From an uncultured Christensenellaceae bacterium (GTDB lineage Bacteria; Bacillota; Clostridia; Christensenellales; UBA3700), in NCBI GenBank assembly GCA_944383895.1, contig CALWRH010000006.1:2158-66157 (forward strand): 64,000 nucleotides of DNA, read 5' to 3'. Positions within the stretch are counted from its first letter, which is position 1; every line of letters starts with the position of its first letter. The position numbers and the translations under genes are program-made. The notes below the pieces were generated by a model that saw only the letters and a program-made list of their open reading frames with translations, was not told the origin of the DNA and ran no database searches. Below are positions 25,227 to 36,250 of the stretch, piece by piece.

Positions 25227-27656
25227 ATGGATTTTCTTTCTATCGAAAAAAAGTGGCAAAAACGCTGGGCTGACGAAAAGCTGTACAGCTTTGACAAGTC
25301 CAAAATGGACAAAAAGTACTATGTCCTCGAGATGTTCTCCTACCCTTCGGGCGCGAAACTTCACGTCGGACATTGGTACAACTTCGGTCCGTCGGACAGC
25401 TACGCGCGCTTTATGCGCATGAACGGCTACGAAGTTTTCCAGCCTATGGGCTTTGACGCGTTCGGTCTGCCCGCAGAAAACTACGCTATAAAGACGGGTA
25501 TCCACCCGCAGGACAGTACGCTCAAGAATATCGCTACGATGGAACAGCAGCTCAAAGCGATGGGCGCGTCCTTCGATTGGGATTATGAGATCAAAACCTG
25601 CATGCCCGACTACTACAAGTGGACGCAGTGGATATTCCTTCAGTTCTACAAAAAAGGTCTTGCTTACCGCAAAGAGGCTCCCGTCAACTGGTGCCCCAAC
25701 TGCAATACCGTGCTCGCCAACGAACAGGTAGTCGACGGTGCGTGCGAACGCTGCGGTACGACCGTCGTACGCAAAAACCTCACGCAGTGGTTCTTCAAGA
25801 TAACCGATTACGCTGAAGAACTGCTCCGCGACCTCGACAAGCTCGACTGGCCCGAAAAGACCAAGCTCATGCAGAAAAACTGGATAGGCAAATCTACGGG
25901 CGGAGAGATAACCTTCGACTGCGAAAACGGCGATTCCTTCAAAGTCTTCACTACCCGCGCAGATACGATATTCGGCGTTTCCTACGTCGTTCTCGCCCCC
26001 GAACATCCTCTCGTCGATAAACTGACTACCCCCGAGTGCAAAGCCGCCGTAGAGGCTTATAAAGAGGCTTGCGCTAAGAGCTCCGAGATAGAAAGACTTT
26101 CGACCTCTCGCGAAAAGACGGGCGCGTTTACAGGTTCTTACTGCATCAACCCCGCCAACGGCGAAAGAGTGCCTATCTGGATAGGCGATTACGTTCTCTA
26201 TTCTTACGGCACGGGCGCGGTCATGGGCGTTGCGGCTCACGACGAGCGCGACTACGACTTCGCTAAAAAATACGACCTGCTCATACGCCGCGTCATCCGC
26301 TCCAAAGACGGATCCGACGACAGTCTGCCTTTCTGCGACTACGGCGTTATGACAAACAGCGGTCAGTTCGACGGTCTTACCACCGAAGAAGGCAAGACCA
26401 AGGTAATAGAGTGGCTCGCAAAGTCAGGACACGGAGAACTCAAGACAAATTACCGCCTGCGCGACTGGCTCATATCCCGTCAGCGTTATTGGGGCTGCCC
26501 GATACCTATCATCCACTGCCCCCATTGCGGAGAAGTGCCCGTACCCGAAAGCGACCTCCCCGTAAAACTCCCCTACAACGTAGATTTCAAGCCCGACGGC
26601 AAATCTCCGCTGCTCAAGTGCGAAGAATACATGAATACCGTCTGCCCGATATGCGGCAGACCCGCGCGCAGAGATCCCGATACCCTCGACACCTTCGTAT
26701 GCTCGAGCTGGTACTTCCTGCGCTACCCCGACGCTCACAACGACAAAATGGCGTTCGATCCCGAGATAATCAACAAGATGCTGCCCGTAGACAAGTATAT
26801 CGGCGGCGCGGAACACGCCTGCATGCACCTTCTGTACGCGCGTTTCTTCACCAAGGCGCTCAGAGATCTCGGCTATCTCAAGTTCGACGAGCCGTTCACC
26901 TCTCTCGTACACCAGGGCACGATACTCGGACCCGACGGTTTCAAAATGAGCAAGTCACGCGGCAACGTCGTATCGCCCGACGATTACGTCAGCAAATACG
27001 GCTCCGACGCGTTCAGGCTCTATCTGATGTTCGGTTTCTCGTACGTCGAAGGCGGTCCGTGGAACAGCAACGGTCTTGAATCAATTGTCAAGTTTATGGA
27101 GCGCGTTGAGCGTCTTGTAAAACGCAGCATAGACCTCGGCGATAAAGAAGGCGCGTTCTCAGAGGCAGAAAAATCCCTCAATTTCGTGCGTCACAACACG
27201 ATAAGACGCGTAACCGACGATACCAAGCAATTCTCTTTCAATACCGCGATAGCGCGTATAATGGAGTTTGTCAACGCGGCTTACAAATATCTCGACGGCG
27301 CGTCGGTAAACGCAAAATTCGTGCGCGACTCGGTAGAAGACCTCGTGCTCATGATGGCTCCGTTCGCTCCTCACTTCTCGGAAGAGCTCAATGAAATGCT
27401 CGGTCACAAGTGCAGCGTTTTCAACCGCCCCTACCCCAAGTGCGACGAAAAAGCTCTCGTGCTCGACGAATACGAGCTCGCCGTACAGGTCAACAGCCGC
27501 ATGAAGGCGAAGATCGTTGTCCCGGTCGACGCGGACGAAAACAAGATAAAAGAGACCGCGCTCGCAAACGAACAGGTCAGACAGGCTATCGGCGACATGA
27601 ACGTCGTAAAAGTCATCGTGATTCCAAAACGCCTCGTAAACATTGTCGTAAAATAA
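25227..27656 (+). CDS. leuS: Leucyl-tRNA synthetase
   Basis: 809 aa. N-terminus [24 protein letters not shown]-type motif (HVGH), KMSKS motif (FKMSKSRGN), and a CP1 editing-region Cys cluster. Confidence 0.95.
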   Translation: MDFLSIEKKWQKRWADEKLYSFDKSKMDKKYYVLEMFSYPSGAKLHVGHWYNFGPSDSYARFMRMNGYEVFQPMGFDAFGLPAENYAIKTGIHPQDSTLKNIATMEQQLKAMGASFDWDYEIKTCMPDYYKWTQWIFLQFYKKGLAYRKEAPVNWCPNCNTVLANEQVVDGACERCGTTVVRKNLTQWFFKITDYAEELLRDLDKLDWPEKTKLMQKNWIGKSTGGEITFDCENGDSFKVFTTRADTIFGVSYVVLAPEHPLVDKLTTPECKAAVEAYKEACAKSSEIERLSTSREKTGAFTGSYCINPANGERVPIWIGDYVLYSYGTGAVMGVAAHDERDYDFAKKYDLLIRRVIRSKDGSDDSLPFCDYGVMTNSGQFDGLTTEEGKTKVIEWLAKSGHGELKTNYRLRDWLISRQRYWGCPIPIIHCPHCGEVPVPESDLPVKLPYNVDFKPDGKSPLLKCEEYMNTVCPICGRPARRDPDTLDTFVCSSWYFLRYPDAHNDKMAFDPEIINKMLPVDKYIGGAEHACMHLLYARFFTKALRDLGYLKFDEPFTSLVHQGTILGPDGFKMSKSRGNVVSPDDYVSKYGSDAFRLYLMFGFSYVEGGPWNSNGLESIVKFMERVERLVKRSIDLGDKEGAFSEAEKSLNFVRHNTIRRVTDDTKQFSFNTAIARIMEFVNAAYKYLDGASVNAKFVRDSVEDLVLMMAPFAPHFSEELNEMLGHKCSVFNRPYPKCDEKALVLDEYELAVQVNSRMKAKIVVPVDADENKIKETALANEQVRQAIGDMNVVKVIVIPKRLVNIVVK

Positions 27657-27666
27657 GGAGATATTT

Positions 27667-28947
27667 ATGATAGACATAAAACTTATCAGGACCAATCCCG
27701 AACTCGTAAAAGAGAACATAAAAAAGAAATTTCAGGACGAAAAACTCGTGCTCGTCGACGAAGTCGCAGCTTTCGATAAAGAATTCAGAGAGGCTAAAAC
27801 ACGCGGCGATTATCTGCGCGGACAGCGTAACGCTGTAAGCAAGCAGATTGGCGGCTTTATGGCAAAAGGCGACAAATCTGCCGCCGAAGAGGCTAAAAAG
27901 CAGGTTGCCGCTATGGCTCAGGAACTGCTCGACCTCGAAAAACGCGAAGAAGTGCTGCAGGAAGAGATCAGAAAGCGCATGCTCGTCATCCCCAACATCA
28001 TCGACGACAGCGTGCCTATCGGCAAAGACGACAGCGAAAACGTAGAAGTCGAACGTTTCGGCGATCCCTACGTTCCGCCGTTCGAGATCCCCTATCACGT
28101 CGACATCATGGAGAGCCTTGACGGAATAGACCTCGACAGCGCACGCCGTACGAGCGGCAACGGTTTCTATTATCTGACGGGCGACATCGCGCGTCTGCAC
28201 AGCGCGATACTCTCTTATGCGCGCGACTTTATGATAGACCGCGGTTTTACCTACTGCATCCCGCCGTTCATGATCCGCTCCGAAGTAGTCACGGGCGTAA
28301 TGAGCTTTACCGAAATGGAAAACATGATGTACAAGATTGAGGGCGAAGACCTCTATCTCATCGGCACGAGCGAACACTCCATGATAGGCAGATTCATGAA
28401 CACGATACTGCCCGAAAATTCTCTGCCCAAAACGCTGACGAGCTACTCTCCCTGCTTCCGCAAAGAGGTCGGCGCACACGGCATAGAAGAGCGCGGCGTA
28501 TACCGTATACACCAATTCGAAAAACAGGAAATGATAGTTATCTGCAAGCCCGAAGAAAGCCCTGAGTGGTTTGTAAAACTCTACACCAATACCGTGGACT
28601 TCTTCCGCACTCTGGACATCCCCGTCCGCACTCTCGAGTGCTGCTCGGGCGATCTTGCCGATCTCAAAGTAAAGAGCCTTGACGTAGAGGCATGGTCCCC
28701 CCGTCAGAAAAAGTACTTCGAAGTCGGCAGCTGCTCCAACCTCGGCGACGCACAGGCGAGAAGACTCGGCATCCGTATCAAAGGCGCGGACGGCAACTAT
28801 TTTGCACATACGCTCAACAACACCGTCGTTGCTCCTCCGCGTATGCTGATCGCTTTCCTCGAAAACAACCTGAACGAAGACGGCAGCGTGCGCATTCCCG
28901 TCGCCCTCAGACCTTATATGGGCGGCAAAGAAGTAATAAAGAAATAA
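27667..28947 (+). CDS. serS: Seryl-tRNA synthetase
   Basis: 426 aa. MIDIKLIRTNPELVKENIKKK N-terminal coiled-coil arm and a class II core. AAGGAG SD, 10 nt after the leuS stop. Confidence 0.93.
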   Translation: MIDIKLIRTNPELVKENIKKKFQDEKLVLVDEVAAFDKEFREAKTRGDYLRGQRNAVSKQIGGFMAKGDKSAAEEAKKQVAAMAQELLDLEKREEVLQEEIRKRMLVIPNIIDDSVPIGKDDSENVEVERFGDPYVPPFEIPYHVDIMESLDGIDLDSARRTSGNGFYYLTGDIARLHSAILSYARDFMIDRGFTYCIPPFMIRSEVVTGVMSFTEMENMMYKIEGEDLYLIGTSEHSMIGRFMNTILPENSLPKTLTSYSPCFRKEVGAHGIEERGVYRIHQFEKQEMIVICKPEESPEWFVKLYTNTVDFFRTLDIPVRTLECCSGDLADLKVKSLDVEAWSPRQKKYFEVGSCSNLGDAQARRLGIRIKGADGNYFAHTLNNTVVAPPRMLIAFLENNLNEDGSVRIPVALRPYMGGKEVIKK

Positions 28948-29042
28948 CAGTATGACAGCTATCCCCGATATTTTCGGGGATCTTTCTTTTTATAAACATA
29001 TTATTACGATACAGAGCGTCCCGATCGCTCTCTGAAAACATT

Positions 29043-29336
29043 ATGAGAGAAGAATACGAAGAATATTTTGAAGAAGATACCGAGCCTGAAAAATGTCTGA
29101 TAAAAGGCATATTGTTGTCGCCTTTCGTACTCGTCGCAAGCGTGATAATATCGGCGGCAGGGCTTGTTTCAGCCGTGATCGCGACAATTGTCTCCTTCTT
29201 CGTCGCGCTTTTCCGCCTCTCCTTCGACTTCTCTATCGCGGGCAAATACGCGCTTTCCGCGCTCGACAAATGCGCGACCTTAGCCGCCGCCGCGATTTGC
29301 TCTATGTGGTACTCCGCATTTCACAAAAACGCATGA
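29043..29336 (+). CDS. Small two-TM membrane protein (hypothetical)
   Basis: 97-aa ORF with an acidic N-terminus, then two hydrophobic helices (GILLSPFVLVASVIISAAGLVSAVIATIVSFFVALF). A terminator follows. No clear SD, so it is tentative. Confidence 0.4.
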   Translation: MREEYEEYFEEDTEPEKCLIKGILLSPFVLVASVIISAAGLVSAVIATIVSFFVALFRLSFDFSIAGKYALSALDKCATLAAAAICSMWYSAFHKNA

Positions 29337-29370
29337 TCCTTTGCTTTTTTCACAAAAAATCACAAGAATA

Positions 29371-29397
29371 CGGCGGTATTAACCGCCTTTTTTATTT
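29371..29397 (+). terminator. Rho-independent terminator
   Basis: GGCGGT-att-AACCGCC followed by TTTTTTATTTT. Confidence 0.6.
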
Positions 29398-29599
29398 TCT
29401 CCGTGCACAAAATACGCGATACGTTTTGAGTTTTTCTCCTTTTCGTCGTTAGTTGCGTTGCAAGAAGGGTATTTGCCGCTTAAAAAAGCAACCGTAGACG
29501 GCGCGACTTTTCTTCGCGCTCTGCCGCAAAGCGGACAAACCCTTTTCATCTGTTTCCGACAGGCGACGGCACGGCTTGCTCCTTTACCCCGAAAAGCGT

Positions 29600-29628
29600 G
29601 AAAAACTCCGCTTTTTCAAGCGGAGTTT
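29600..29628 (-). terminator. Rho-independent terminator after the sulfatase gene
   Basis: Minus strand: ACTCCGC-ttgaaaaa-GCGGAGT followed by TTTTTCAC. It is directly downstream of the 29633 stop. Confidence 0.55.
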
Positions 29629-29632
29629 TGTC

Positions 29633-30916
29633 TTATATGTTCTTTTTGAATATCCTTCTTTTGAATATCGGCTCTTTTTCGCCCGCCCGCACCATTTCTC
29701 TTGAGAGAAGCGATCTCAGCCATTTCTTCACGTCTGCGTACTCTTTTGAATTTATCAGATTCCTGCGCTCACCCGCGTCGCTGAGTTTGTCGTAAAGGTA
29801 GTCGTCCTTGTATACGTTGGTGTTGTAATTGAATCCCGAAGTCACGCTGTAAACGTATCTGTCCGTTATCACGCACCTGCCGTTGCCGCTCTCGCTGATG
29901 TGGACAAACACGCAGTCGCGTTTTTTATCCGATTGCAGAGGCACGCCGTCAAAACGCTCGGGCACGTCTATCCCCGCCGCGGTCAGAAGCGTAGGCGGCA
30001 GGTCGATGAGCGACACGAGTTTTTGCGCGTCGAGTTTTCCTTTCTTATACGCGCCGCCGAAGATCACGAGCGGAATATGCGTGGACGCGCTGTGACAGGA
30101 CCTCTTATATTCGAGATTTCGCGTTCTGAAATGACAGCCGTGATCTGACGTGTATATTATCAGCGTATTGTCGTATCTGCCCGTCTTTTTCAGCTCGTCG
30201 ACTATGCGCGCGACGTTGTCGTCCAGTGTTTCACAACACGCCAGATAACTCGGATAATGCAGCACGTAGTCTCCTTTCAGTCCTTTCAGATCTTCCGGAT
30301 ACGGCTCGCTTCTGTACTTCGCCGCCGCGCCCTTGGGACACTCGAAGCGCCCCGACGTGTTCTGATGATGAGGCTCAAGATAGGACAGGAAAAGAAAATA
30401 CGGTTTTTCGTGCGGAGAATTGATATAATCTATCGCGAAGTCGGTCATCCTGTCCGCGCGTATGCCGTCGAACCTGACTTCTTTGCAGTCGTTATCCCAC
30501 AGCACTCCGCCGCTGCCGTTGGACGAAAACTCGAGCAGATCCGCCGCAAGCCAGTATTTATATCCGCCGCGAAGTTCCTCGGGCACTCCCTTATTTCTGT
30601 ATTGGAGACCCTTTGACGCTAAGTGCCATTTGCCGATATACGCGGTCTCGTAACCGCCCGCGTTGAACGCGTCCGCGAGGTGCACGTCCTCTTTTCTCAT
30701 CGGCACGCCGTTGGTTATACAGCCGTTTTTGTTGGGATATACGCCCGTCTGCAAACAGGCGCGCGCAGGTCCGCACACGGGCTGACAGGTATAGGCGCTG
30801 TCGAAAATATCGCCTTCCTGCGCGTAGGTTGCGAGATTGGGCGTAACGCGTTCGTTGATCGTATCCGCCCTCTGCTGATCGCTGAATATAAAGATTATGT
30901 CAGGCTTCTTTTGCAT
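29633..30916 (-). CDS. Cys-type sulfatase (arylsulfatase family)
   Basis: 427 aa. PDIIFIFSDQQRAD N-terminal metal-site motif and the C-x-P-x-R formylglycine motif as VCGPARACLQTG. No signal peptide is evident. Confidence 0.85.
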   Translation of the reverse strand: MQKKPDIIFIFSDQQRADTINERVTPNLATYAQEGDIFDSAYTCQPVCGPARACLQTGVYPNKNGCITNGVPMRKEDVHLADAFNAGGYETAYIGKWHLASKGLQYRNKGVPEELRGGYKYWLAADLLEFSSNGSGGVLWDNDCKEVRFDGIRADRMTDFAIDYINSPHEKPYFLFLSYLEPHHQNTSGRFECPKGAAAKYRSEPYPEDLKGLKGDYVLHYPSYLACCETLDDNVARIVDELKKTGRYDNTLIIYTSDHGCHFRTRNLEYKRSCHSASTHIPLVIFGGAYKKGKLDAQKLVSLIDLPPTLLTAAGIDVPERFDGVPLQSDKKRDCVFVHISESGNGRCVITDRYVYSVTSGFNYNTNVYKDDYLYDKLSDAGERRNLINSKEYADVKKWLRSLLSREMVRAGEKEPIFKRRIFKKNI

Positions 30917-30949
30917 GTTTTCCCCGCACGGCTCACGCCGCGAAACTTC

Positions 30950-32353
30950 TTATTTTTTTGCTTTTGCCGCGAGCTTCTGTCCCATGATCACGCCCATAAC
31001 AGACGCCATCATCAGTCCTCTCGTCCAGCCGCTGCTGTCGCCGAGACAATGCAGTCCCTTTATGCTCGTGTTGAAGTCTGCGTCCATTTTGACTTTGTTG
31101 GAATAAAACTTGAGCTCGGGAGAATAAAGCAGCGTTTCGGCAGCCGCAAATCCCGGCACTACTTCGTCCACAGCCTGGATAAAGTTGATTATGTTAATCA
31201 TTGCGCGGTAAGGCATTGCCGCCGTGATATCGCCAGCTACCGCATCGGGGAGCGTGGGACGCACGTTGCTGCGCGCGAGCTCCTTCTGCCACGTTCTCTT
31301 GCCGTCTATGATGTCGCCGTACCTCTGAACGAGTATATGTCCCGCACCGAGCATATTGGTGAGCTCTCCTATCTTCTGCGCATAAGCGATAGGCTGATTG
31401 AACGGCTCTGAGAAGTTGTGCGAGCAAAGTATCGCAAGGTTGGTATTGGGGGACTTGAGCTCTTTGTAGCTGTGTCCGTTGACGACAGCAAGATCGTTGT
31501 CGTAATTTTCCTGGCTTACGAAACCGCCCGGGTTCTGACAGAAAGTGCGCACCTTGTTCTTGAACGGCTTGGGGTATCCTATGAGTTTGGATTCGTAAAG
31601 CACGCGGTTGACCTTTTCCATGACCTCGTTGCGCACCTCTACTCTTACGCCGATATCTACCGTGCCGGGCTGGTGCATGATGTTGTGCTCCGCGCACAGA
31701 TGCTCGAGCCAATCCGCTCCGCGTCTGCCAGTAGCTATTACCGTGTTTTCAGCGCGTACCTCTTCAGTCTTCTTGCCGTTGTCGATTATGACGCCGCAGC
31801 ACTTGTCGCCTTCGAGAATTATGTTTTCGCATTGATAGCCGAACCATATCTCCACGCCGTTTTTGATAAGATACTGCTCTATCGCGTAATATATCTGCTG
31901 AGCTTTTTCGGTACCGAGATGACGTATAGGACAATCTACGAGCTTAAGACCTGCTTTTATCGCGCGTTTTCTGATCTCCTTGACTTCTTCTTCCTGACCG
32001 AGCCCCTCGACGTGCGTATCCGCTCCGAAGTCGAGATATATCTTGTCGGTGTACTCTATCATGCTCTGAGCGTAATCTTCACCTATAAGCTCGGGGAGCT
32101 GTCCTCCTACCTCGTGACTGAGCGAAAGCTTGCCGTCGGAGAACGCGCCCGCGCCGCTGAATCCCGTGGTTATATGACAGTAGGGTTTACAGTTTACGCA
32201 GACGTTGGTTTTTGCCTTGGGGCAACGGCGTTTTTCTATCGCAACGCCTTTTTCGACTATAAGGATAGAGCCTTTATAGTTGTGTCTGATCATTTCTATC
32301 GCGGTAAATATACCCGCAGGTCCCGCGCCTATTATTACGGTATCGTATTTCAT
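30950..32353 (-). CDS. FAD-dependent oxidoreductase (COG2509-like)
   Basis: 467 aa. N-terminal Rossmann motif DTVIIGAGPAGIF, then a Cys cluster CPKAKTNVCVNCKPYC. Confidence 0.8.
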   Translation of the reverse strand: MKYDTVIIGAGPAGIFTAIEMIRHNYKGSILIVEKGVAIEKRRCPKAKTNVCVNCKPYCHITTGFSGAGAFSDGKLSLSHEVGGQLPELIGEDYAQSMIEYTDKIYLDFGADTHVEGLGQEEEVKEIRKRAIKAGLKLVDCPIRHLGTEKAQQIYYAIEQYLIKNGVEIWFGYQCENIILEGDKCCGVIIDNGKKTEEVRAENTVIATGRRGADWLEHLCAEHNIMHQPGTVDIGVRVEVRNEVMEKVNRVLYESKLIGYPKPFKNKVRTFCQNPGGFVSQENYDNDLAVVNGHSYKELKSPNTNLAILCSHNFSEPFNQPIAYAQKIGELTNMLGAGHILVQRYGDIIDGKRTWQKELARSNVRPTLPDAVAGDITAAMPYRAMINIINFIQAVDEVVPGFAAAETLLYSPELKFYSNKVKMDADFNTSIKGLHCLGDSSGWTRGLMMASVMGVIMGQKLAAKAKK

Positions 32354-32437
32354 ATCCTTCTTCTCCCTCCGCCCGTGAAAGGGCGTATAAAAAGCCGCGC
32401 CTTTTACGGCACGGCATAGCTGACTTTTTATGCCGAC

Positions 32438-33076
32438 TTATTTCGTGCCGAACAGTCTGTCGCCCGCATCTCCGAGCCCGGGCAGTATGTAACAGTGCTC
32501 GTTGAGCGTTCTGTCAAGCGTGGAAACGTAAACCTTTACGTCGGGATTCGCCTCCGCGACTTTCTCTACCCCCTGCGGAGCAGCGATAATGGACATAAGC
32601 CTGATCGTCTTTACCCCGCGCTGTCTGAGAAAATCTATCGCAGCGTTAGCCGAGCCGCCCGTGGCAAGCATGGGATCGAGCAGCGTTACCTGCATATTCT
32701 CGATGCCCTGCGGCAGTTTGCAATAATATTCGTGAGGCTCCATCGTTTCTTCGTCGCGGTACAGACCTATATGACCGACCTTTGCGAGCGGAAATATCTT
32801 CTGCACGCCGCTGACCATGCCGAGCCCTGCGCGCAGTATAGGTACTATCGCTATCTTTCTCTCCTGCACTATCTGCTGAGTGCACTTTTCGAGCGGAGTT
32901 TCGACCTCGACTTCTTTTGTCGGAGCGTCCTTGAAAGCCTCGTATGTCATGAGCATGGTGATCTCTTCGACAAGCTCTCTGAACTCCTTGGTGCCCGTAT
33001 TTTTATCGCGGAGTATCGCGATCTTGTGCCTTATCAGCGGATGATCGAATATAGTAACGTTGGGGTAATTCTTCAT
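32438..33076 (-). CDS. upp: Uracil phosphoribosyltransferase
   Basis: 212 aa. [21 protein letters not shown], a PRPP-binding loop ([11 protein letters not shown]) and C-terminal [17 protein letters not shown]. Confidence 0.93.
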   Translation of the reverse strand: MKNYPNVTIFDHPLIRHKIAILRDKNTGTKEFRELVEEITMLMTYEAFKDAPTKEVEVETPLEKCTQQIVQERKIAIVPILRAGLGMVSGVQKIFPLAKVGHIGLYRDEETMEPHEYYCKLPQGIENMQVTLLDPMLATGGSANAAIDFLRQRGVKTIRLMSIIAAPQGVEKVAEANPDVKVYVSTLDRTLNEHCYILPGLGDAGDRLFGTK

Positions 33077-33198
33077 AATCTTCTCCTTTGTCGTCCTTAT
33101 CTATTATCTTATTTTTTGTGCCCGTTGTCAATACTTTTCCGATTTTTCTCGCGCAAGCGCGCCCGCGCATATATTTATAAGCGTTTGCCTTTTCGTCG

Positions 33199-33227
33199 TT
33201 GATATTTGCGCTCCGAAGTGATATGAT
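33199..33227 (+). promoter_or_regulatory. Sigma-A type promoter TTGATA-17-TATGAT (extended TG)
   Basis: -35 TTGATA 33199..33204, 17-nt spacer ending TGa, -10 TATGAT 33222..33227. It is upstream of the M3 peptidase gene. Confidence 0.45.
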
Positions 33228-33256
33228 AATAAAGATAATTTTAACAGAGGTATTTT

Positions 33257-34963
33257 ATGGATTTCAAAAAATACGAAAACGTCAAGATCAAAGATCTGCC
33301 TTACAAGCGTTACACGCTCGAAGAGGCGAAACAAAGCTTTGAGAACTTCTTCAAAGCAGCAGAAAACGCAAAGTGTGCAGACGATGTGCTCTCCGCGCGC
33401 GAAAAATACGTCATATCCGCATGCAAACATTTCGGTACAGCGTCTTCTCTGTCGCACGCGCGCTTTACGCAGAACACCCGCGACGAGTTCTACAACGGAG
33501 AGATAACCTATTACGACGAAGTCACTCCCTCTTTCAGCGGACTTTACGTCAGATACGTCGACTGTATGCTGAATTCGCCTTTCCGCAAAGAACTGCAGCA
33601 AAAGCTCGGCGACGTGCTCTACCGCTCTTTCGAATTCGAAAAGGCGTCCTATAACGATATTATCGAAGAGGACGTAAAGCAGGAAAACGCTTATACGACA
33701 GAATACGTCAAGCTGCTCTCCACCGTGAAGTGCGACTTCAAGGGCGAGAAAAAGCCCCTCTCTTACGTCCGCGGTTTTCTCGAAGACAAGGCCCGCGACA
33801 CGAGAAAGGCAGCCGCTGAAAGCATAGGAAAAGCCATGCAGGCTCATGCAGCGGAGTTTGACGACGTCTTCGACCGTCTTGTCAAAGTCAGAGATAAAAT
33901 GGCAAAGAAAATGGGCTACAAGAATTTCACCGAGCTCGGCTATTACCGCCGCGGCAGAATAGACTACGGCAGAGCGGACGTTGAAAAATTCCGCAAAAAC
34001 GTCGTATCGTCTATCACTCCCGTAGTTGCAAAGCTCAAAAAAGACGTGGCAGACAAGCTCGGCATAGGCAAATTCATGTATTACGACGACGCAGTCTATT
34101 CCAAAGATGAAGTACCTGTCCGCGACTGTTCCGTCCAAGAATTTTTCACGCGCGCCAAAGAGATGTACTCTTCTATGGACAAAGAACTCTGTGCTCTCTT
34201 CGACCGCATGGTAGCAGAAGAGGCGTTTGACGTTATCCCGAGAGACGGCAAGACGGGCGGCGGTTATTGCACCACTTTCGACGACTTCGGCAAAATATTC
34301 ATACTCGCCAACTTCAACGGCGCGAGCGGCGATATCGACGTGATAACGCACGAATTCGGACATGCCGTAGCAATGAACTACGCGATGCAGAAAGACGCAG
34401 ACGAGCTCGGCATAGGCGGATGCGAGACCGCGGAGTGCCACTCTATGAGCATGGAGTTTATCGCATGGCCGTTCATGGATCTGTTCTTCGGAAGCCTCGC
34501 CAATGCATACCGCAAAAAACATCTGTCCGACGCGCTCACGTTTATCCCCTACGGCTGCATAGTGGACGAGTTCCAGCACGAGGTATACGATCACCCCGAA
34601 ATGAGTCCTGCAGAGCGCAACGTACTCTATCTCAGACTTTCAAAGAAATACCGCCCCTATCTCTCTTACGAAGGCATACCCTATCTTGAGACGGGCACAC
34701 GTTGGCAGTTCCAATCGCACATATTCGAAGAGCCTTTCTATTATATCGACTATTGCCTCGCGCAGACGGTCGCGCTCGGTTTCCTCGCCCTCTCGCGCAA
34801 AGACTACTCTCTCGCGCTTGAAAAGTATAAGGAAATGTGCAAGACGGGCGGCAGCAAGTTCTTCTCCGAAATGGTAAAGACGGCAGGCATTGCCTACCCG
34901 TTCGGCGACGGCACTTTGAGCAGTCTTGCAGACAACATGAGCGAGATACTGAAAACGCTGTAA
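33257..34963 (+). CDS. M3-family oligoendopeptidase (PepF-like)
   Basis: 568 aa with the zinc motif HEFGH (VITHEFGHAVAMNY). Length and layout fit M3B oligoendopeptidases. Confidence 0.85.
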   Translation: MDFKKYENVKIKDLPYKRYTLEEAKQSFENFFKAAENAKCADDVLSAREKYVISACKHFGTASSLSHARFTQNTRDEFYNGEITYYDEVTPSFSGLYVRYVDCMLNSPFRKELQQKLGDVLYRSFEFEKASYNDIIEEDVKQENAYTTEYVKLLSTVKCDFKGEKKPLSYVRGFLEDKARDTRKAAAESIGKAMQAHAAEFDDVFDRLVKVRDKMAKKMGYKNFTELGYYRRGRIDYGRADVEKFRKNVVSSITPVVAKLKKDVADKLGIGKFMYYDDAVYSKDEVPVRDCSVQEFFTRAKEMYSSMDKELCALFDRMVAEEAFDVIPRDGKTGGGYCTTFDDFGKIFILANFNGASGDIDVITHEFGHAVAMNYAMQKDADELGIGGCETAECHSMSMEFIAWPFMDLFFGSLANAYRKKHLSDALTFIPYGCIVDEFQHEVYDHPEMSPAERNVLYLRLSKKYRPYLSYEGIPYLETGTRWQFQSHIFEEPFYYIDYCLAQTVALGFLALSRKDYSLALEKYKEMCKTGGSKFFSEMVKTAGIAYPFGDGTLSSLADNMSEILKTL

Positions 34964-35040
34964 TAATCGGCAATAGCAAAAAAACCAAGCTTTTGCCGCA
35001 ACAGCAGAAAACCTATTTAAGATTTATACAGATAAAACAA

Positions 35041-35080
35041 ACACGGGCAGGAAAATTCATGCCCGTGTTTACTTTTCTTT
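35041..35080. terminator. Bidirectional rho-independent terminator
   Basis: ACACGGGCA-ggaaaattca-TGCCCGTGT, with TTTACTTTTCTTT on the plus strand and a T-rich run on the minus strand. Confidence 0.6.
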
Positions 35081-35092
35081 AACAATATCCTT

Positions 35093-35290
35093 TTATTCAG
35101 AAATTTCAGGGAGCGTTATTTCGGGAACTTTGCCGAAATCATAGAAAATTACTTTTCCCGTTATCTGTGACTCATCACCTTCGTAAACGGAGGACATGCC
35201 GACCAAACGATTATCTACAAACTTAAATACAAAGTAATAACCTTCTTTAACATTTACCACATAACCTTTTTCTTCATCGCTCCACACCAT
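35093..35290 (-). CDS. Small hypothetical protein or gene remnant
   Basis: 65-aa beta-rich ORF (MVWSDEEKGYVVNVKEGYYFVFKF...). No SD. A terminator lies downstream. It could be a C-terminal remnant of a lost gene. Confidence 0.3.
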   Translation of the reverse strand: MVWSDEEKGYVVNVKEGYYFVFKFVDNRLVGMSSVYEGDESQITGKVIFYDFGKVPEITLPEISE

Positions 35291-35505
35291 GTTTTCGTAT
35301 TCTGATCACTCTCATTTGTTATAATTATAATTTGCCTAAAATACTGTGTCAAGCATTTATCCTTCTTGCCTTACTACGCAACAAGAAACAAAGTTACAGT
35401 ATTGATTTTATATGATATTCTGCTTTTGCGACTGCGAGCTTTTTCAAATCGTATATATCAAACTTTTCGGATAAGATAATACTTCTTACGATATGCGCGT
35501 TTACG

Positions 35506-35538
35506 ACAAAAAAAACGGCTCTCCTTGCGGAAAGCCGT
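35506..35538 (-). terminator. Rho-independent terminator after rpsR
   Basis: Minus strand: CGGCTTTCC-gcaa-GGAGAGCCG followed by TTTTTTTT. Confidence 0.7.
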
Positions 35539-35560
35539 GATTTTTTGTCCTTATACGTTA

Positions 35561-35809
35561 TTATTCTGCAACGTAGGGGAGCAGAGCCATAACTCTCGCA
35601 CGCTTGATAGCCTCAGCGAGAAGTCTCTGGTGCTTTGCGCAAACGCCGCTCATACGTCTGGGAACGATCTTGCCCTTTTCGGTGATGAACTTACGCAGTT
35701 TTGCAACGTCCTTGTAATCGATCTCGGTAGCCTTGTCTACGCAGAAGGTGCAAACCTTTTTGCGGGGAGCCTTTCTTGCCGGTCTTTTTACAACTTTCTC
35801 TTCGCTCAT
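35561..35809 (-). CDS. rpsR: 30S ribosomal protein S18
   Basis: 82 aa. [53 protein letters not shown]. Confidence 0.95.
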   Translation of the reverse strand: MSEEKVVKRPARKAPRKKVCTFCVDKATEIDYKDVAKLRKFITEKGKIVPRRMSGVCAKHQRLLAEAIKRARVMALLPYVAE

Positions 35810-35827
35810 TTTTATATCTCCTTATAA

Positions 35828-36238
35828 TCAAAATGGTAAACTGTCGTCGGACGGCTCGACTTCTTCGAGCTTGGTTACGTCCGCACGCGAGGACTTGCCG
35901 ACTGAGGGTGCGTCCTCTCTGCTGCCAGACGGAGAAGAAAGGAATTCTACTTCGTCGGCGATAACTTCAACCGAGGTGCGCTTTGCGCCGTCCTGAGTTT
36001 CGTAATTGCGGATCTGCAGAGAGCCGACTATGCCGACCTTTCTGCCCTTGCTGAGCGATTTAGCACAGCTTTCCGCAACACCTCTCCAGGTAACTATATT
36101 GAAATAGTCTGCCTCGTTGCCGTCTTTGCTGAATCTTCTGTTGACTGCAACGGAGAATCTGCAATAGCTTACTCCGCTGGGAGTCGTGCCGCTTTCAGGA
36201 TCTCTGGTAAGATTGCCTATAAGAATTATCTTGTTCAT
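35828..36238 (-). CDS. ssb: Single-stranded DNA-binding protein
   Basis: 136 aa. MNKIILIGNLTRDPE OB-fold N-terminus and an acidic C-terminal tip DDSLPF. Confidence 0.95.
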   Translation of the reverse strand: MNKIILIGNLTRDPESGTTPSGVSYCRFSVAVNRRFSKDGNEADYFNIVTWRGVAESCAKSLSKGRKVGIVGSLQIRNYETQDGAKRTSVEVIADEVEFLSSPSGSREDAPSVGKSSRADVTKLEEVEPSDDSLPF

Positions 36239-36250
36239 GCCTGCCTCCGA

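Noticed and set aside
25128-28809. Minus-strand ORFs 25128..26240 (370 aa) and 27613..28809 (398 aa)
   Set aside because: They are antisense to the unambiguous leuS and serS genes.
28907-29269. 120-aa minus-strand ORF overlapping the end of serS
   Set aside because: It overlaps serS and the plus-strand two-TM ORF. It has a Ser-rich low-complexity translation and no SD.
29415-29590. 57-aa minus-strand ORF MKRVCPLCGRARRK... with a CxxC pair
   Set aside because: It is below the track threshold. The only good SD is about 27 nt from the ATG. Its 3' end overlaps the plus-strand terminator hairpin. There is not enough support to call it.
33128-34594. 488-aa minus-strand ORF
   Set aside because: It is antisense to the HEFGH-containing M3 peptidase gene.
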